A DNA stretch of 64,000 nt from Eledone cirrhosa (Eukaryota), in contig OZ024753.1 in the NCBI GenBank assembly GCA_964016885.1, positions 14,136,001-14,200,000 on the forward strand, written 5' to 3'. Position 1 is the first letter of the stretch. Every line of letters starts with the position of its first letter. Below, one piece after another: positions 63,291 to 64,000 of this stretch. Below the pieces are notes generated by a model. It was not told where the DNA came from. It worked only from the letters and a program-made list of their open reading frames with translations, and did not search any database. The position numbers were made by a program, and so were the translations under genes.

Positions 63291-64000
63291 TTGGTAAATA
63301 TACATAAATAGATAACTATAGATAGAGAGTTAAGAAGGTAGGAAGGTAGGTAGGTGGGTAGGTTGATAGGTAGGTAGATAGATAGGTATGTGTGTAGGTA
63401 GGTGGGTAGGTAGGTAGGTAGGTAGATAGATAGGTGCTTTTATTTCCAAAGATAGATAGATAGATTGCTGCTTTATCACTGGTCTTGTTTGATCAAAACA
63501 CTTCATTTCACATTGCTCAGCTATATACTCAGCTGAAAATGAGTACCAGCAATAGCTGGGGGTTTAACCCTGTGATGGACTGGTGTCATCTCCAAGGGGA
63601 ATTCTTGTACTCCTCTCTGTTGCTTACTGTCACAAAAACCAGGATAAGTACCAGCCTCATCAGCCTCCTGACTCGAGACAGACTTTAGACTTAGATAGGT
63701 ACTAATTATATGTAAATTTACTGATACAGTTTGCTGTTACTGCCACATTTGGTGGACTTACAAAGCTACTAGTTGCATATTTCCCTGTAGTGTGTGTGAA
63801 AGATGTGAACAGCTTTTGAAGGTCATTCCAAATTGAACTGCAGCTTGAGTCAGGCTGTTCCTCTTTTGCTATATATAGAGTAATATCTAAACAAGATCTG
63901 TTTATATTTATATATGTGTATGTTTACATACACTTTAACACAACTTCAAATTTACAGCATACTTCAGCTGCTTGGTGTCAAATTAAAGACATAGTTGAAA

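Overview
This is AT-rich eukaryotic DNA saturated with microsatellites and transposons. The repeat repertoire resembles a cephalopod (Octopus-like) genome, which is an inference from recalled repeat families, not a database result. Almost all long ORFs in the track are translations of tandem repeats. The real coding remnants are mobile elements: three CR1-type LINE pieces, several RTE LINE pieces (one with a PHD-like finger, one ending in three C2H2 fingers), two R4/Dong-like 3' ends, two Penelope-like (GIY-YIG) fragments and Helitron PIF1 remnants. There are also two SINE families and piggyBac-, hAT- and Tc1/mariner-type MITEs. Host-gene content appears limited to one probable terminal exon (8797-9129) and a tentative spliced + strand transcript downstream of a double ETS site (about 52170). 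The most notable hidden signal is a set of about a dozen hammerhead-ribozyme (HHR) motifs from several unrelated sequence families, found by eye. They lie in short non-coding elements, mostly inside (TA)n tracts. Three elements are fold-backs carrying mirror-image HHRs on both strands, one is a 200-bp tandem dimer (retrozyme-like), and two flank Penelope ORFs. Several share a small downstream hairpin that shows one compensatory change. A second theme is that many minisatellites here visibly grew out of specific transposon subsequences.
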